Of a stretch of DNA of 64,000 bases, positions 39,403 through 53,783 are shown piece after piece (positions within the stretch are counted from its first letter, which is position 1; each line of letters begins with the position of its first letter). Location of the stretch: NCBI RefSeq assembly GCF_009834535.1, contig NC_045696.1, positions 93,250,001-93,314,000 of the forward strand. The letters are read 5' to 3'. Below the pieces are notes generated by a model that saw nothing but the letters and a program-made list of their open reading frames with translations, was not told the origin of the DNA and made no database searches. Made by a program: the position numbers and the translations under genes. The stretch is from Camelus ferus. Lineage: Eukaryota.

Positions 39403-41349
39403 AAAGAAAACTTCAAAAAAATTTTTAAATTCAACCTGATCTGAACATGCTTTTAATATGTACTTTAAAAATAATGTTTAAAATATCCAAATGCCAAATC
39501 CCAAATAAAACTGCTTATTGCTACAAGATGCTTTTTAATGTAAAAAATCTTTTCAAGTAAAGTGATTTGGGAATGCTGTTTCACAGTGGTTTGTTCAGTA
39601 CACATTAATACATTGTAACTTTTAAAACTAGGCTAGGAAAATTAAAAGAAATTTGACTAGGGCAAAATTTATGTAATTGAAAGCTTCAAAAATATTAAAT
39701 AATGTGGTCTGTCTTGTTTTTGCTCCTATCAAACCATCTGTGTTTTTATTGAAGAGATAGTGTCTGTCCCCCTAGTCTTCCTGTGATATCTGTTGGGTTT
39801 TGGTAGAGGTGGTAGTTACATTCCTAAGGGAAAACCATCTTTTCCAGTTCTCTCTGGTTATGCCCACTTCCTGCTGCTTCTGGAGCAGGGCAGGAAGGCC
39901 GATCCCCATAAGGTGTTTCTGCTGGGATTGCCTGACATCACAAAGATAAGGGTTCAGTCACATTCTTGCTATATTGAGCCAGCATCTGGGTATTATAATA
40001 GCTGAAGGTAACAGAGCCTGTTCCCAGTCTGTTAAGCTGACACTATTGCTTTTGACTCATTTGAAACTCAGTGAGTTTCTTTCTGCTGAGGAATTCAGGG
40101 CCAGATTAATTTCTCCAGCAACTCTTTGAAGTAGTTGTTCATAAAAGTAAAAAAAAAAAATTCTCTGTAAAGTACAATTCTTTTTCCTCCTCCAATATCT
40201 CCAATAAATTGCTAAGGCACCATTTCACATTCTAGTGGAAAATGATTAATAATATTCTCAGGTGCCTCAAATCAAAAGGGTGAGGTTAGTACTCTTCAAT
40301 TACAGGGATGTTCACCTTCCCTCCCAATCAGTCACTCGCAGGCTCAGCTCCATCCTGGGCCTGGACAAACCTCTCGTAACTCTGAGCTGTCCACTCTAAT
40401 CCTCTCACTCCTCTTACTGACAACCTTCTTTAATTTTCTCCATTATTTCTAGTCCTGTGAACTTTTAAAATCTTTAATATGTATATTTCTTGAACTTTTG
40501 GTTCTCAGCCTTCGCAACATTATGTAATCACTATGCTGACACTGGACTCCAGCAACCACTTTCTCCTCCCTGTGTCTAGTAAATAAAGCATCTTTTCTTC
40601 TCCTTTCATCTCTCTGCCATTTCTTCCTTGATTGTTTTTATCCATTCTCATTATCTCAGCTATGATCTCATAGCAGATAACTACCAGACCCACATCAGTT
40701 CCTCCAGTGTATTTCCTGAGTGGTAGACCCACCTTTTCTTCCACTTGCAGGACACTTCACACATTCATGCTCCTGTGAACCCATAAACTTTATAGAATCA
40801 GCACTGTCCAAGTTCATCTAGGCTTGACACATCCAAGTGGTCTTCAATGACTTCATTATTACTACCCATACAGTAACTTTCCAAGCCCTTAAATTTTTAT
40901 CTCCACAGGCTGTCTTCAATTCCTCCCCTACATTTCATTTCAAAGCCAACATTAACCAGCACGAACGCTCTTATATTCTTCTGAATTACTATACTAACAT
41001 TTTAACTATTATCCTTACAAATGCACAATTTCATCTTTTCTTTATCCCAATTCATTGTCCACTTTACTCCCTGGTGGATTATCTTAAACAGAAGCTCCAA
41101 TTATTTCACTGCTCAGCTCTTCAAAAACTTCCAATAACTCCCTACCGCTGTAAAATTCTGTAGTCTCAAATGTTACTCATGGTAAGCCAAATTTAGCAAA
41201 AGTTGTTCGGTTAAGTGTGTGGTAGGCCGGTTAGAATGAGAAGTATGCTTATAAGAATAAAGACCTCAAAAAGGAGTAGCTTATGAATAACATCAATAAT
41301 GCTGTATCAGACAAGCTTACCATATTCAAGTTTTGGGGGGAATTATTTT

Positions 41350-42180
41350 GGCTTCAACAGCTTTATTAAGGTTTAATTGACATATAATTCACTGCACATA
41401 TTTAAGTGTACAATGTGATAAATTTTGACATATGTACATATCCATGAAAGAATCATCACAGTAAAGATAATAAATTTATCCATCACTCTTTAAAAATTCC
41501 TTCTGCCTCTTGATAATCTCTCTCTCCTGCCTTCCCCTACCTTTCTCTCATTCTCAGGCAAAAGTTAATTGGCTTTCTGTCACTATATGATAGCATTCAC
41601 TTTTTAGAATTTTATGTAAATGTAATCACACACACACACACACACTCTTATTTGCCTGGCTTTTTTTTTTTGTTCACTTAATGTAGTTATTTTGATATTC
41701 ATTCACACAGTAGTAGTAGTTCTTTTTTATTGCTGAGTGGTGTTCCATTATATGGATACACAGCATTTGTGTTGTTTCCCATTTAGGCTATTATAAATAA
41801 AGCTGCTATAAAAATTAATGCACAAGTCTTTATATGAACATATGCTTTCATTTCTCTTGGGTAAATATCTGGGAATGCAATGGCTGGATACAGTAGTCAT
41901 GTTTAACTCTTTAACAAACTAACTGCCAAGCCATCTTCCAAAGTGGTTGTAGCTTTCTACATTCTCACCAGTAATGTATGAGAGTTCTGTTTTGTTCTAC
42001 ATCTTTGTTAACACTGGTATGGTCAATCTTTTTAATTTTAGCCAATGGAACAGGTGTGTATTGATGTCTCATTGTGATTTCAACTTACATTTTTTTAATA
42101 ACTAGTGGCATTGAATACCTTTTCATGTGCTTGTTTGTTATCCTTATATCTTACTTGCTAAAGTGTCTGTTCAAAAATAA
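41350..42180 (-). mobile_element. L1 (L1MB/MC-type) 3' end, reverse orientation
   Basis: ACAGCTTTATTAAG...TTTCATTTCTCTTGGGTAAATATC...CTTCCAAAGTGGTTGTA. Confidence 0.82.
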
Positions 42181-43602
42181 TTTTAAAAAACTTTCAGTAA
42201 GGTAAGTAATTTGCAGTTGGTACTTAGATATGTTAAACTCATTAACATAATATACAAATGACTGAAATTTGGGAAAAATTGCTTTAATATTTAGCCTAAT
42301 TACTTTAAAACTATAATGCACAGAAAACAAGGTGACTCCACTATTGGCAAAGGGTAAGCAAGGAGAAGGAAGCAAACAAATTTAGGGAGCCCAGCCTTGG
42401 GATCAACCACAGCAGCCATATTATTTATTTATAGGAAATAGGAAACATCAGAAAGCATAAAGAAGACAATAATCATCTGTATTCGTATCTGCTATTATTT
42501 CCTTTTACTATATATCCTCTACTCTTTTTCTAAGTTCATATGCATTATTTTATAAATGAGATTACAACATAATTTCATTTACTTCTTTAAGATATAAATG
42601 CTGGGAGATGCTTATTTTCTGTCATTAAATAGTCTTTAAAAGTTGATTTTTACAGCTCTGAATGTTTACTTAAACTGTGAGCCTCAGTTTCACTTCTATA
42701 AAATGAGAGTTGGACTATTTGACATCTAGAAAACTTTCCTGGTCTAACAGTCCTTGATTCTGCTAAGTAAACAAGCTAGATGAGTGGATTGAATAAATCA
42801 GTCCCTCCTTATTCACCCTGGAAGCAGCTCCATGTACAGCAAGGACAGCGGTTTGGAACATCAGCCTGTATCACTACAATTGGCTTCATATTTGAAACCA
42901 CTGTTCTTTTATGACCACAGTGTCTTATTATGTATGGAATGCTTCTTCTAATTAGTCACTGTCCTCTCACTTTACCTCAGCTTTAGCTGCTCTGGACGAT
43001 GACTGCCTGTCTATTTAAGGCACTCTGAGAGCACTACGAAACAGGTTTTTGTTTATGTCATATAGCTCATGTTTTAAGTTAGACGATGCAAAATTCACCC
43101 TCCAAATTTTGTGAGACTCTGTCATGCTACTTTTTGTTAGATAATAACAGATAAAGAGATAACATTTCACTTTATTTACATAGATTTCGTGAAGAATTAA
43201 GGATAATTATAGCCTGGACTTTGTTGAAAGCTGTGTGTGACTATATTCCATTCTACTTTTCCTAAGCTGAGATTTGAAGGAAAACAGTTCCATTTATCTT
43301 CATATCTGGAGGGTCTTCAGGATCTAGGTGAAGGATAATTTATTTATTTCATTTCATAAATATTTACTAAGGACATACATGTGCTAGTGTCCATGGTAAG
43401 TGCTTAAGATACAAAGATAAACAGAATGTATTATCTCACCTTAAGACTCTCAGTCTGGTAGGGGAGAGAGAGAGTGAGAAGCAGTAGCTACAGATACATG
43501 AGTGTGCTGCTTAAAGAATGCTCAAAGTGGTCAACTTAAAAAAAAAAAAAAAAAGGAATTCACAAATGTTACCTTTGAGGAAACTTGCAAATGATACTCT
43601 AC

Positions 43603-45415
43603 TGTGCTTAATTGTCTCCCCCAAATTCATGTCTTTCCTACAACCTCAGAATGTGAATTTAATTGGAAACAGAGTTATTGCAGACACAGTTAGCTAAGAT
43701 GTGGTCATACTGGAGTAGAGTGAGCCTTAACCTACAATGCCTAGTGTCTTTATAAGAAGAGAAGGGACCCAGACAGCCACATGTAAATCAATGAGGTCAG
43801 AACACTCCCTCACACCATACACAAAATGGCTTAAAGACTTAAACATGAGACAGTATAAATCCCTTAGAAGAAAACATAGGCAAATCTTAGCACTATTCTC
43901 CTAGGGCAGTTTACCTAGGCCATAGAAATAAAAGCAAAAATAGACAAATGAGGCCTAATTAAATTTATAAGCTTTTGCACAGCAAAGGAAACCATAAGCA
44001 AAACAAAACAACAACCTACGGAATGGGAGAAAATATTTGCAAATGATGAAACAGATAAAGGCTTAATTTCCAGAATATATAAAGCAGCAGCTCATGCAAC
44101 TTAATAACAAAAAAACAAATAACTCAATCCAAAAATGGGCAGAAGACCTAAACAAGCAATTCTCCAGTGAAGAGATACATATGGCCAATAGGCATAAGAA
44201 AAAATGCTCAATATTGCTAATTATCAAAGAAATGCAAATCAACACTATAATTAGGTATCACCTCACACCACTCAGAATGACCATCATTAAAAAATCCACG
44301 AACGATAAATGGTAGAGAGGGTGTGGAGGAATGGGAACTCTCCTGCACTGCTGGTGGGAATGTAGTTAGTTTGGTGCAGCCATTATGGAAAATAATATGG
44401 AGAGTCCAAGTTTCCTTAAAAAACTAAAAATAGACTTACCATATGATCCAGCAACCCCACTCCTGGGCATATATCCAGAGAATATTCAAAAACATACATG
44501 CATTCCAATGTTCATAGCAACACTATTTACAGTAGCCAAGACATAGAAACAACATAAATGTCCATTGACAGATGAATGGATAAAGAAGTGGTGGTATATT
44601 TATACAATGGAATACTATGGAGCCATAAAAAAGAATAAAATAATACCATTTGCAACAACATGGATGGACCTGGAGATCATCATTCTAAGTGAAGTAAGCC
44701 ATAAAGAGAAAGAAAAACACCATATGATATCACTTAAATGTAGAATCTAAAAAAAAAAAAAAAAAGCCAAACAAACACCAGAAACCAACAGACTCCCAGA
44801 CAAAGAAAACAAACTTACAAACTTACAGTTACCAGGTTGGGGAAGAGGGAGGAAAGGGATAAACTGGGAGTTCAAGATTTGCAGATACTAACTATTATAC
44901 ATAAATAGATAAACAACAAGTTTATACTGTATAGCACAAGGAACTATAGCCAATAACTTGTAGTAACCTATAATGAAAAAGAATATGAAAATGAATATAT
45001 GTATGCATATGACTGAAACACTATGCTGAACACCAGAAATCGACGCAACATTGTAAACTGACTATACTTCAATAAAAAGAAAAGAATAGAGCCGGGGGGA
45101 AAGGAAAATAGATGGGGGGGGGGGGGGAGAAGAGAAAAGACTCAAAAGCAGTCACACAGGGAGAAGGTGACCATGCAACAACAGAGGTAGAGATTGAGAG
45201 ATTGGAGTGGTGCATCTACAAGCCAATGGTTGCTAACAAATACCAGAAGCTGGAAGAGGTAAAGATGAAAGGGATGAATTACAAGTTTCAGAGGAAGCAT
45301 GGCCCTGCTGACACCTTGCTTTTGGACTTCTAGCCTCCAGAGCTGTGAAATACATTTCCCATTGTTTTAAGCTGCCAGTTGTACTTTGTCAAAGCTGCCC
45401 TTGGAAACTAATAAA
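43603..45415 (+). mobile_element. MLT1 (ERVL-MaLR) LTR split by the L1 (halves ~43603-43772 and ~45130-45415)
   Basis: Characteristic CCCCAAATTCATGT...ACCTCAGAATGTGA start and GGCCCTGCTGACACCTTG...GGAAACTAATA end. Confidence 0.82.
43773..45090 (+). mobile_element. L1 3' fragment (~1.3 kb) inserted into an MLT1 LTR
   Basis: ORF-track peptides [23 protein letters not shown] and WYIYTMEYYGAIKKNKIIPFATTWMDLE are L1 ORF2 C-terminal sequence, here disrupted by stops and frameshifts. Confidence 0.95.
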
Positions 45416-45811
45416 GCTACCTAGGAGCTCATTAAGTAGACTTGGGGGGAGATCTTCCAGGTAAAGGTAATGGTGTGCAGTTACTATTTTCTTCTTTACC
45501 AGGCCAATGAAATTTTGAGAAAGTTTACAGAGCTATTTTTCATAGTTTGTTCATGTAGAATCCTTTTAAGTATAAAAAGAACTGCCACAGACGTTAAATA
45601 GCTACATATATTTGCCCACATTTACATAACATATGAACATATATATGCATATGTGTGTATAGACATGCAGTGGGAAAACAAAGATGAGAGAAATTAAGGA
45701 ATTTTCTGAAGTTCACAGACTAGGATATTCATTCAGGTATTTTAACTTCAAATTTAGCATTTTTCCCACTTGAGTATGATGACTAATGACATATACATGA
45801 CTTTTCAGCAC

Positions 45812-46020
45812 AGAGGTTCTCAACCAGGAAATTTTTGCTTCCCAGATAACATTTGACGACATCTAGAGACAATTTTGGTTGTCCCACTGAGGGAATACTG
45901 CTAGTATCTGGTGAAGAGAGGTCAAGATGCTTCTGACAATTTTATTATATATAGGATATCCCCTCAGAAAAAGAGTTATCCAGCCCAAAATGTTAATAGA
46001 GCCAAGGTTGGAAAATTTTG
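45812..46020. mobile_element. MER20 hAT-Charlie element
   Basis: GGTTCTCAACC...GAGACAATTTTGGTTGTC...TTATCCAGCCCAAAATGTTAATAG. Confidence 0.8.
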
Positions 46021-46699
46021 ATTTAGCATAATGGCTAATAATAAATATCTTTATCAAATATTTACCATATGCCAAGCACTGTCTAAATAAATCATTTCTA
46101 AGCAATGGTTTCTTTACCCTCAAGATATTCCTGATTTAGTATATATTATTTTATTTTATTTAGTACAAATCCCATTTTACAAACAAGAAAACTAAGAATT
46201 GGAGAAATCAATTTGCTCCAGCAAGTGACAGGGCTAAAACTCAAACATAGGTGTTTTTGTTGCCAAGGGCTCTATATTTAACTGCTACATTCTGACTATC
46301 TCATTGACAGGAAGGTCATCATATGATAAAATGTGATTCTAAATACATTTCTGTTAAATATTATTTTATATTTTGGTTGCCTTTGCCTGACAACAACTAT
46401 TGTATCCCTTATAAGACAACAATATGGTGTAAAATTTGCTGAGATCAGTTGGCATAACAAAACCAATCACATAATGAAAATAAATGTTACTGTCTGAATT
46501 GTACCTTGGAGAACTAGAAATATAATTTTAAAACATTTTTATCTCTTTTAAGATAAAAATTTGTAAGGTACTTCTGTGATCACTCAGTCAGTAAATTTTA
46601 TCCAGCTATATCATGGTTGTGAAAAAAAATTTTTAAAAGACCAAGAGAACTTAGGAGTTTGAGTTAAGAAGAAATGGCTTATCAATAATAGCAGACTCA

Positions 46700-48770
46700 T
46701 AATTCAGAAGAAAATTGCCACTGTGAACAACAGAAAAATAAAAGAAGATAATATAATAAGTGAAAATCCACAGGGTCAACATCTAGGAGCAAAAGGGAAC
46801 CTAGGAAGTGAGCCCTCAATATGGAGCACTTTTCCTCTAGGTTCATATGTCTTGAAGAGATGTCTGAGAGCCTGAGATTGAGCAGCACTTTTCACAGTTT
46901 TGTACAGCTGGAAATAAAAAAAAAAATAATGGAGACTAGCGCCTGTCAAAAGAAAGAAAACCAGTAAATGCCTCAGTGCTTTGGGTTGAGACCCCAAAGG
47001 GCTACACCTTAAGAATTAGAGTGTAATGAAAATAATCCGTTTCTTCCAGGAAATGAAGGCCAGTGTAAAACACATATATCCCTTAAATTAGATTAAGGTA
47101 ATTTAAGTTTGTTAGTCCCTCACCACCAGTAAAGAAGCAAATCTAAATCCTTTGTGGAGAAAGGTAATATTATAATAGAATTAGAATTATTTCACAATTT
47201 TTTATATACATTTTCCAGCACTCAATCAAAAATAACAAGGCACATGAACGTAAAAGAGAACAGAAACAAAACTTTAGATAAACAAGAGACCTATAATAGA
47301 AGCAGAGTAAGTACCAATAGATACTGGAATTATCAGAAATAGATTTTAAAATAATTATGCTTATTATGATCCAAGACATAGAAAAGAAGCTTGAGGACTT
47401 TGACTCACACCTGGAAATTTTAAAAAAGAAAGAACCAAGTTGAAGATAAATATACAATTAATGATCTTGAAGCTAAGTCAGAAAAAACAAAACAAAACAA
47501 AACAGAAAATACTAGAATAAAGCACTGGGAGGCAAAGGGGCAAGCAATAAAGAAAAGAAGGTGACAGTAGAGGGGATACAGAATACTATAAGAAGCTGTA
47601 GCACACTTGTAACTGAAGTCCCAGAAGAGGAGAGAGAGTAGGTTAGAAGAAATGTTTGGAGATAATGGCTGAGGATTTTCCAAACCTGATAAAAGATGTA
47701 AATTCACAGATTCAAAAAGCTGAAGTTGAATTTAAAAGGAAAAGAAAAAAAGAAGAGAAGCATACCCAGGCTCATCAACAGTAACCATGTTGAGAGCCAA
47801 AGTCAGGGAGAATAATCTTAAAAGCAGTTAACAGAGAAGCAGTAGGGGCTGGGGAGACAGGGGCTTACCTGTAGTTTTCTCAGTGTTGTCTGTTGTTTCT
47901 CTAAAGTTTTCTTTCTGTTCTGTTCTCTTCTCGGGTGCCTGGTTATTTTTAATTGAGTGCTGGAGACTGTGTTCAAAAATTTTGTGACATAATTCCAGCC
48001 CTATAGGTATATAACCTTCCCTCCATAAGGATGTTTGTTTGCTTCTTACAGGTTACTAGGGGCCAACATTTTGAACTCAAAGAACTGACAATTAGGCTGA
48101 CAGCCAAAGGCAATGGAAAAGATATGTCTTCAAAGTTTTGAAACAACAGGTTCCTCAAAAATAAAGATAAACTTTTGGGAATTTGTTTCAACAGATCCAT
48201 ACCAAAAGTAATATTAAAGTGTTTCCTTCTTGCATATGGAAAATAACGCATAAATTAAAAAAAAAAAAGAATGCAGGTGAAAGCTCAGAAAGGCAGGAAG
48301 GAATAATGAGCAAGACAAAGGTAAACAGGTAAACGTAAATGACTGTTAACTGTAGAAAACTTAACTGTACAAAAGAATTAAAATATATGACAAGGATGCC
48401 ATCTACCACTATTTCCATTTAACATTAAATGAAAAATCCTAACTAGGACAGTAAGTCAGGACAAAGAAATAAACATGTTATAAGGTTTGGAAACAAACAA
48501 ATATAACTGCTGCTATTCTCAAAAGGAATGATATGTAAAAGAAAATCTAAAAGAACCTACAGATAAATTATTAGAATTAATAAATGAGTTTAGTAAGGAT
48601 GAGATACATAAAAAGTAAATATAAAAAAAAATCAACTTTGGGGGCAAGGGTATAGCTTAGTAGTAAAGCATGTGCTTAGCATGCACAAAGTCCTGGGTTC
48701 AATCCCCAATACCTTCAGTGGAAAAAAAAAAGATCAAGTTTATTTCTATACATGTGTAACAAGTAACAAG
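46700..48770 (+). mobile_element. Old L1 5'/ORF1 region plus ORF2 fragments
   Basis: Degenerate ORF1-like motifs (GAAGTCCCAGAAGAGGAGAGAG...GAGGATTTTCCAAACCTGATAAAAG). Confidence 0.7.
48640..48731 (+). mobile_element. tRNA-derived SINE (short form)
   Basis: GGGTATAGCTTAGTAG...GTCCTGGGTTCAATCCCC followed by poly-A, inserted in an old L1. Confidence 0.88.
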
Positions 48771-48772
48771 TT

Positions 48773-49573
48773 TGTAATTATGATATTACAATCTTTAATA
48801 CGAAATATATAGTTGGTCTTTCTTTCTGGCACAGAGCTACTAAAACTTTCAGAATTTCCAAAGTGATGAGCATAATAAAGGTGTCTTTGTTATGTTAATG
48901 AGGTGACTTTTGGAAATCCCCTAGTCACCTAAGGATGGGAGCTGGTTGCCTAAGAAACCAGTCCTGGGGTTGGAACTTTCAGTACAGCTTCCACTCCCCC
49001 ACCTCTGGGGAAGGGAGTGGGGCTGGAAATGAGTTCAAAAACCAATGGCCAATGATTTCATCAATCATGCCTAGGTAATGAAGTCTCCATAACAAACCAA
49101 ATAAGGGTTTGGAGAGTTTCTGGGTTGGTGAACATGTGGAGATTTGCAGGGAATGGTGCTCAGAGAAGGCATTGAAGCTCCTCATTCTTTCTTCATACCT
49201 CGACCTATGGACCTCTTCCACCTGGCTCTTCCTGAATTATATTCTATAATAAACCAGTACTCTAGTGAGTAAACTGGTTTCCTGAGTTCTGTGAGTCACT
49301 CTAGCAAATTAATTGAACCCAAGATGGGGGTAATGAGAAACTCTGGTTTATAGCCAGTTGGTTAGAAGCACAGGGAATAATCTGGACTTGCTATTGGCAC
49401 CTGAAATGGAGGGCAGCCTTGTGAGACTAAGCCCTTAACTATAGAATCTGATGCTATTTCCAGTTAGATAGTGTGAGAATTGTGTTAAATTTACAAACAC
49501 CTAGCTCGTGTCAGGGAATTGCTGGGGGGGGGGGGGGGGGGGGTTGGGGTCCGCACTTGGAAATTGGTATCAG
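48773..49573 (+). mobile_element. MER21-like LTR
   Basis: TTCTGGCACAGAGCTACTAAAAC...TTCCTGAGTTCTGTGAGTCACTCTAGCAAATTAATTGAACCCAAG motifs. Confidence 0.78.
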
Positions 49574-52484
49574 CATCTTAGTAATAAATAGTTGTTATAG
49601 TAATAGAGTCCCCTCCATGACTTCGTATCTCAGAGCAAAGCTGCATAAAGAATGCTTGATAGTTTTAATTTGTATGGCTGACACATCTTTTTTTTTAATA
49701 TGTTACATGCAAAATTATTCTTTTATAAGGCATACCTTAGACAAAGTTCTGAAACACTTGGGTTTGTCTTTAGCCTTTCTTGCATCATGTCCCTTACCCA
49801 ATCCACTCTCATTTTGTCCTTTCTTAATATCATCAGGACCTCAGGCCATTCCCTCCTTTACAACCATCAGTACCTGCTCTCGGGGAAGGATCTGAGGGCT
49901 CTAGAATCATGGAATGTTGGAAAAAATCTTAGATTATCTTGTTCAACTCCTCTCATTTCACAAGTGAATAAACTAAAGATCAAAGAGGCCAACATACTTG
50001 TTCTAAATCACCTGCACTGAGGTAGAAATGTCTGTTGAAAGTCAGTAAACCATCACGACCACAGGTATTTCACCTCACTCATTAAGACAGCTTCCACCTA
50101 AAGCGAAGGATTGTTAACGCAGTTTCAGCTTTTAGCCAGCCCAAAGGGACATCTGCAGATCAAAGAGGCTGTCTTATGTATTCAAAATCACATATTTTTG
50201 CTGCAATCTCTCAGAACATTGTTCTTGCGCCAGTCTCCCGAAGGGCAGGTATGAAATTCTATTCCTGGAGTCAGTAACTTCTGACCTAGTGGCCCAAAGT
50301 AGTTTTATATGGCATATAATGTGTTTACGGCCTTATCCTTATCACCCACTAGAGTGATCAACTGATTAACAACTCCTGCTTTGAGATCCTGGGGTCTAGT
50401 TGCCTGCTAGCCAAATCTATTTAACAACTTCTTTACTGAATTTTCATATTATTAAAAATTCTTTTCATTTTGTTTTCTTGTGTTCACTATACTCTCTGTG
50501 AATAATGATAATTTTTACTTTTTTCATTATATGTGTACATGTATATGATTTATTTTGTTCTCTTTTCTGATTGAATTGACTATATAAAGTTTTAATTTAT
50601 CTATATTTTAAGAATTATATAGTTTTTATACTATTGATCTATCTTTGATTTTCTTGAATAAACCTTGCCTTGGTTGTGATAAATATTTGTTTTCTTCTTT
50701 CATCATTTAATATACTTTTGAATTAAACTTGCTAGTAATTTATCTCAGATGGTGGCATCTTCATTCATAAATGAGGGCTTGTAGTTTCTGTTTTCTATGG
50801 AAGGCAGGCAGTGTAATGATTAATAACTTGTCTTCTAGAACCAAATTACCTGGCTTGCCTTCCACTTCCATCATTTACTAATTGTGAAATCTTGGAGAAG
50901 TTACTTAACATCTCTGTGGGTAAGTTTTCTTATATGCAAAGGGTGATAATAATATCTATCTCACATGTATTTTGTGAGACTTAAAAGGATTTATATTCCT
51001 CGAACACTTAAATAGTACTCATTATACAAAAAGCCTGCTTTAAATATTAGCTATTTTAATGTCATTCTCCAGCCTGGTTTTGGTATCAATATGCTAACCT
51101 CATGAAATACACTTAGAAGTGATCCTTCTTTTTCTGGATCTGGAAACATTTAAAAGGCGGAAGAATTATTTACTCCTTGAGGATTTGAAATAACTTGGTT
51201 ATGAAATCATCTGGAACCTGTATCCTCTGGGGAAGATATTGCTTTGACAAATTCCTGCTTTCTTCCTCGTATTGCAGTAGTTTTGGAAATGGGTGTTTAA
51301 CTGGAAAATTACAATGATTATTTGCAAAATATTAAGATGTTTCAATTATATCAATATAGAATTTTGTTTTCAATCTTTTTGCCGTTGAGGTTAAACAATA
51401 TTTGTTCATTTTGAGAAATTTTCAAAGAATAAGATTATGGTTTATCAACTTACTCTTTATTTGTTTATTTTCCATTCAATTCTGGTGTCATCTTTTAAAA
51501 TTATTTTCTTTTCTTGGGTTTTAATTTTTCTAACTTAGTAAGTTAAATGCTTAGTTTGATTTTTGGCACACTGCTAGCAAACTGCTTTAAAATTTTAAAG
51601 AAATGGCTAAGAAATGTTTCTATTTTTCCAATTTTAGCATGCTATATTTATATTTTGTTATGATTGCATTTCCATTCATTATTTAGTCATTCACAAATAT
51701 TATTTAGAACTGGACATTGTCCAGGGTGCTGTCTGTGGGGGTAGGGCAGTGAACAGCAAATAGGACACTATTATTGCCAATAAAAAAAATGCAGTTGTTA
51801 AATGTCCTCTAAGGAGAAGGAGATGCTTTTTCTCTTTCTTGGGGGTCTGAAGTAATAGAATTCTACTGTGTAACACTTGGGTCAAATGTGATCAGGAGCC
51901 TTTATTAAAAGTTTTGACAATTTTAACTTAACATTGTGAATGTATTATCATCATCGCTGTTATTATTATTAGTAGGGGTTTATACAAGTTTGTTGTTTTT
52001 TTAATTAACTACCTGCTAATGCATCTTAGAAGATACGGTAGGTAAGGAAATTGGCAGTTAAGTAAATTTGAGTTGGGCTTTCTGGAGATAGTGAAAAAAA
52101 GTTATATCATAGACCCTTCCTTGTCCAGAAGTTAAAAAGAAATAAAAAATAAAAATAAGTTTAGAACAGTGACAATACAGACACAGAGGAAAGAAAATTT
52201 AGTATGACAGCAGAAGTTAAACAAATAGGTATATAAGCAAGCCACAGAGAGAGGCAGAAAATGACAGGCACCGTGAAGACTCTATCCATCCTCTATCCAT
52301 CCCGCAAGCCGTTGGGGATGCAGATGAATTATATCCTAAAAAATATCACAGGTCTCCACCCCTTCACCCGTCCCCTCCCCTCCCACACACAGTCACCACA
52401 GTTTGAAGAAAGATAGAGAAATGAGTATGTCAGCTTGGGCAAAACACACCAAAATCCTTGAAAGTACGAAATACACACCACTTT

Positions 52485-52668
52485 TTGGTTGTTGTTTTAA
52501 TATATATATTATACATTTTTGATATATAACATATATATTTGTTGTGGGGGGGGAGTAATTAGGTTTACTTATGTATTTATTTATTTTTAGAGGAGGTAGC
52601 AGGGATTGAAGCCAGGACCTCATGCACGCTAAGCATGCACTCTGCTGCTTGAGCTTTACCCTCCTCCC
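52485..52668 (-). mobile_element. tRNA-derived SINE (Vic-1-like), reverse orientation
   Basis: Reverse complement of the same head and the TAAACCTAATTAC tail motif. Confidence 0.88.
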
Positions 52669-53412
52669 TAAGCCACTTTCTATCAATGCACTAGAGGCAC
52701 GCAAGTCCTCCAGGGCTTACCTGCTAGGACGTAGGCTGGGCAGAGAAGTCTGAAAAATTATAATATTGTCCAAATTAATTGATCTTTTAAAAGTTGTTTA
52801 GGGAGCTAGTAAGAAGATGCCAGACAAGAAAATAAGATAAAATCATCTGAGAGAAGAGGCACTTGGAGAACTGCAGGTGATATCCAATTAACTTTCTTTT
52901 CTGTGAACTAATTTTTTTTGGTTAAAAAAGAATGCCTGAGTAGGGGGGACTGTGAATTATAGCTGCTGAAAGATGGTGAGGGAATTAAGATCTGAGATTC
53001 TCTACATGAAGCTGCTAAACAGGGGACAATGAGCTGTATCTTAAGAGTAGCTCCATATAAAAAATAAAATTAAATTAAAAAATTTAAAAAGCTCCCAAAC
53101 CTATGTCCTGACTAGGAGGAGTGAACTAAGGCACTGAACTTATAAAAAAGACAAGTTTTGTTATACTTTATGTGTAATGTATATTTAGAAAAATGCATCC
53201 ATTGTAAATGTATACCTCAATGAATTTTCAAAAATTTTAAACAGCCATGCAATCACATCGAGAAACAGAACATTGCTAGTGCTTCACATGTCTGCCTGGG
53301 CTCCCTTCTCGTCGTTTTCTACTTCTCCCAAGAGTGACCGTTACTCTAACTTCTAATTCCATAAATTAGCTCTGCCTGTTTTTGAAGTTACATGAATTCC
53401 TGCAATAGAGCC

Positions 53413-53783
53413 TATGTTAGTATGCTTGGGATACCATAAAAAAATATCATAGTCTAGTGGCTAAAACAACAGAGATTTAATGTCTCTCAGTTCTGGAGCC
53501 CAGAAGACCTCGATGAAGGCTTCGGCCAACTCAACTTCTGCAAGAGCTCTCCTCTCGGCTTGCAGGTGGCTATCTTCTGGTTGTTCCCTCACATGGCAGA
53601 GAGAGAGAGTGAGCTCCCTGTGTCTCTTCTAATAAGGACACTAATCCTATCTAATGTGGCCCAATTCTTTGACCTTATTTAACCTTTCTTATCTCCTAAA
53701 TGACTCCATATACAATGACAATGGAGGTTATAAATATAAATATAAATTCATTTGGGGTGAACATAAACATTCAATCCATAACA
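53413..53783 (-). mobile_element. MLT1A/MST-like MaLR LTR
   Basis: CAGTTCTGGAGCCCAGAAG...CCTCACATGGCAGAGAGAG...AACATTCAATCCATAACA. Confidence 0.8.

Noticed and set aside
44063..44750. ORFs with protein-like sequence
   Set aside because: Broken L1 ORF2 fragments, not a host gene or an active element.
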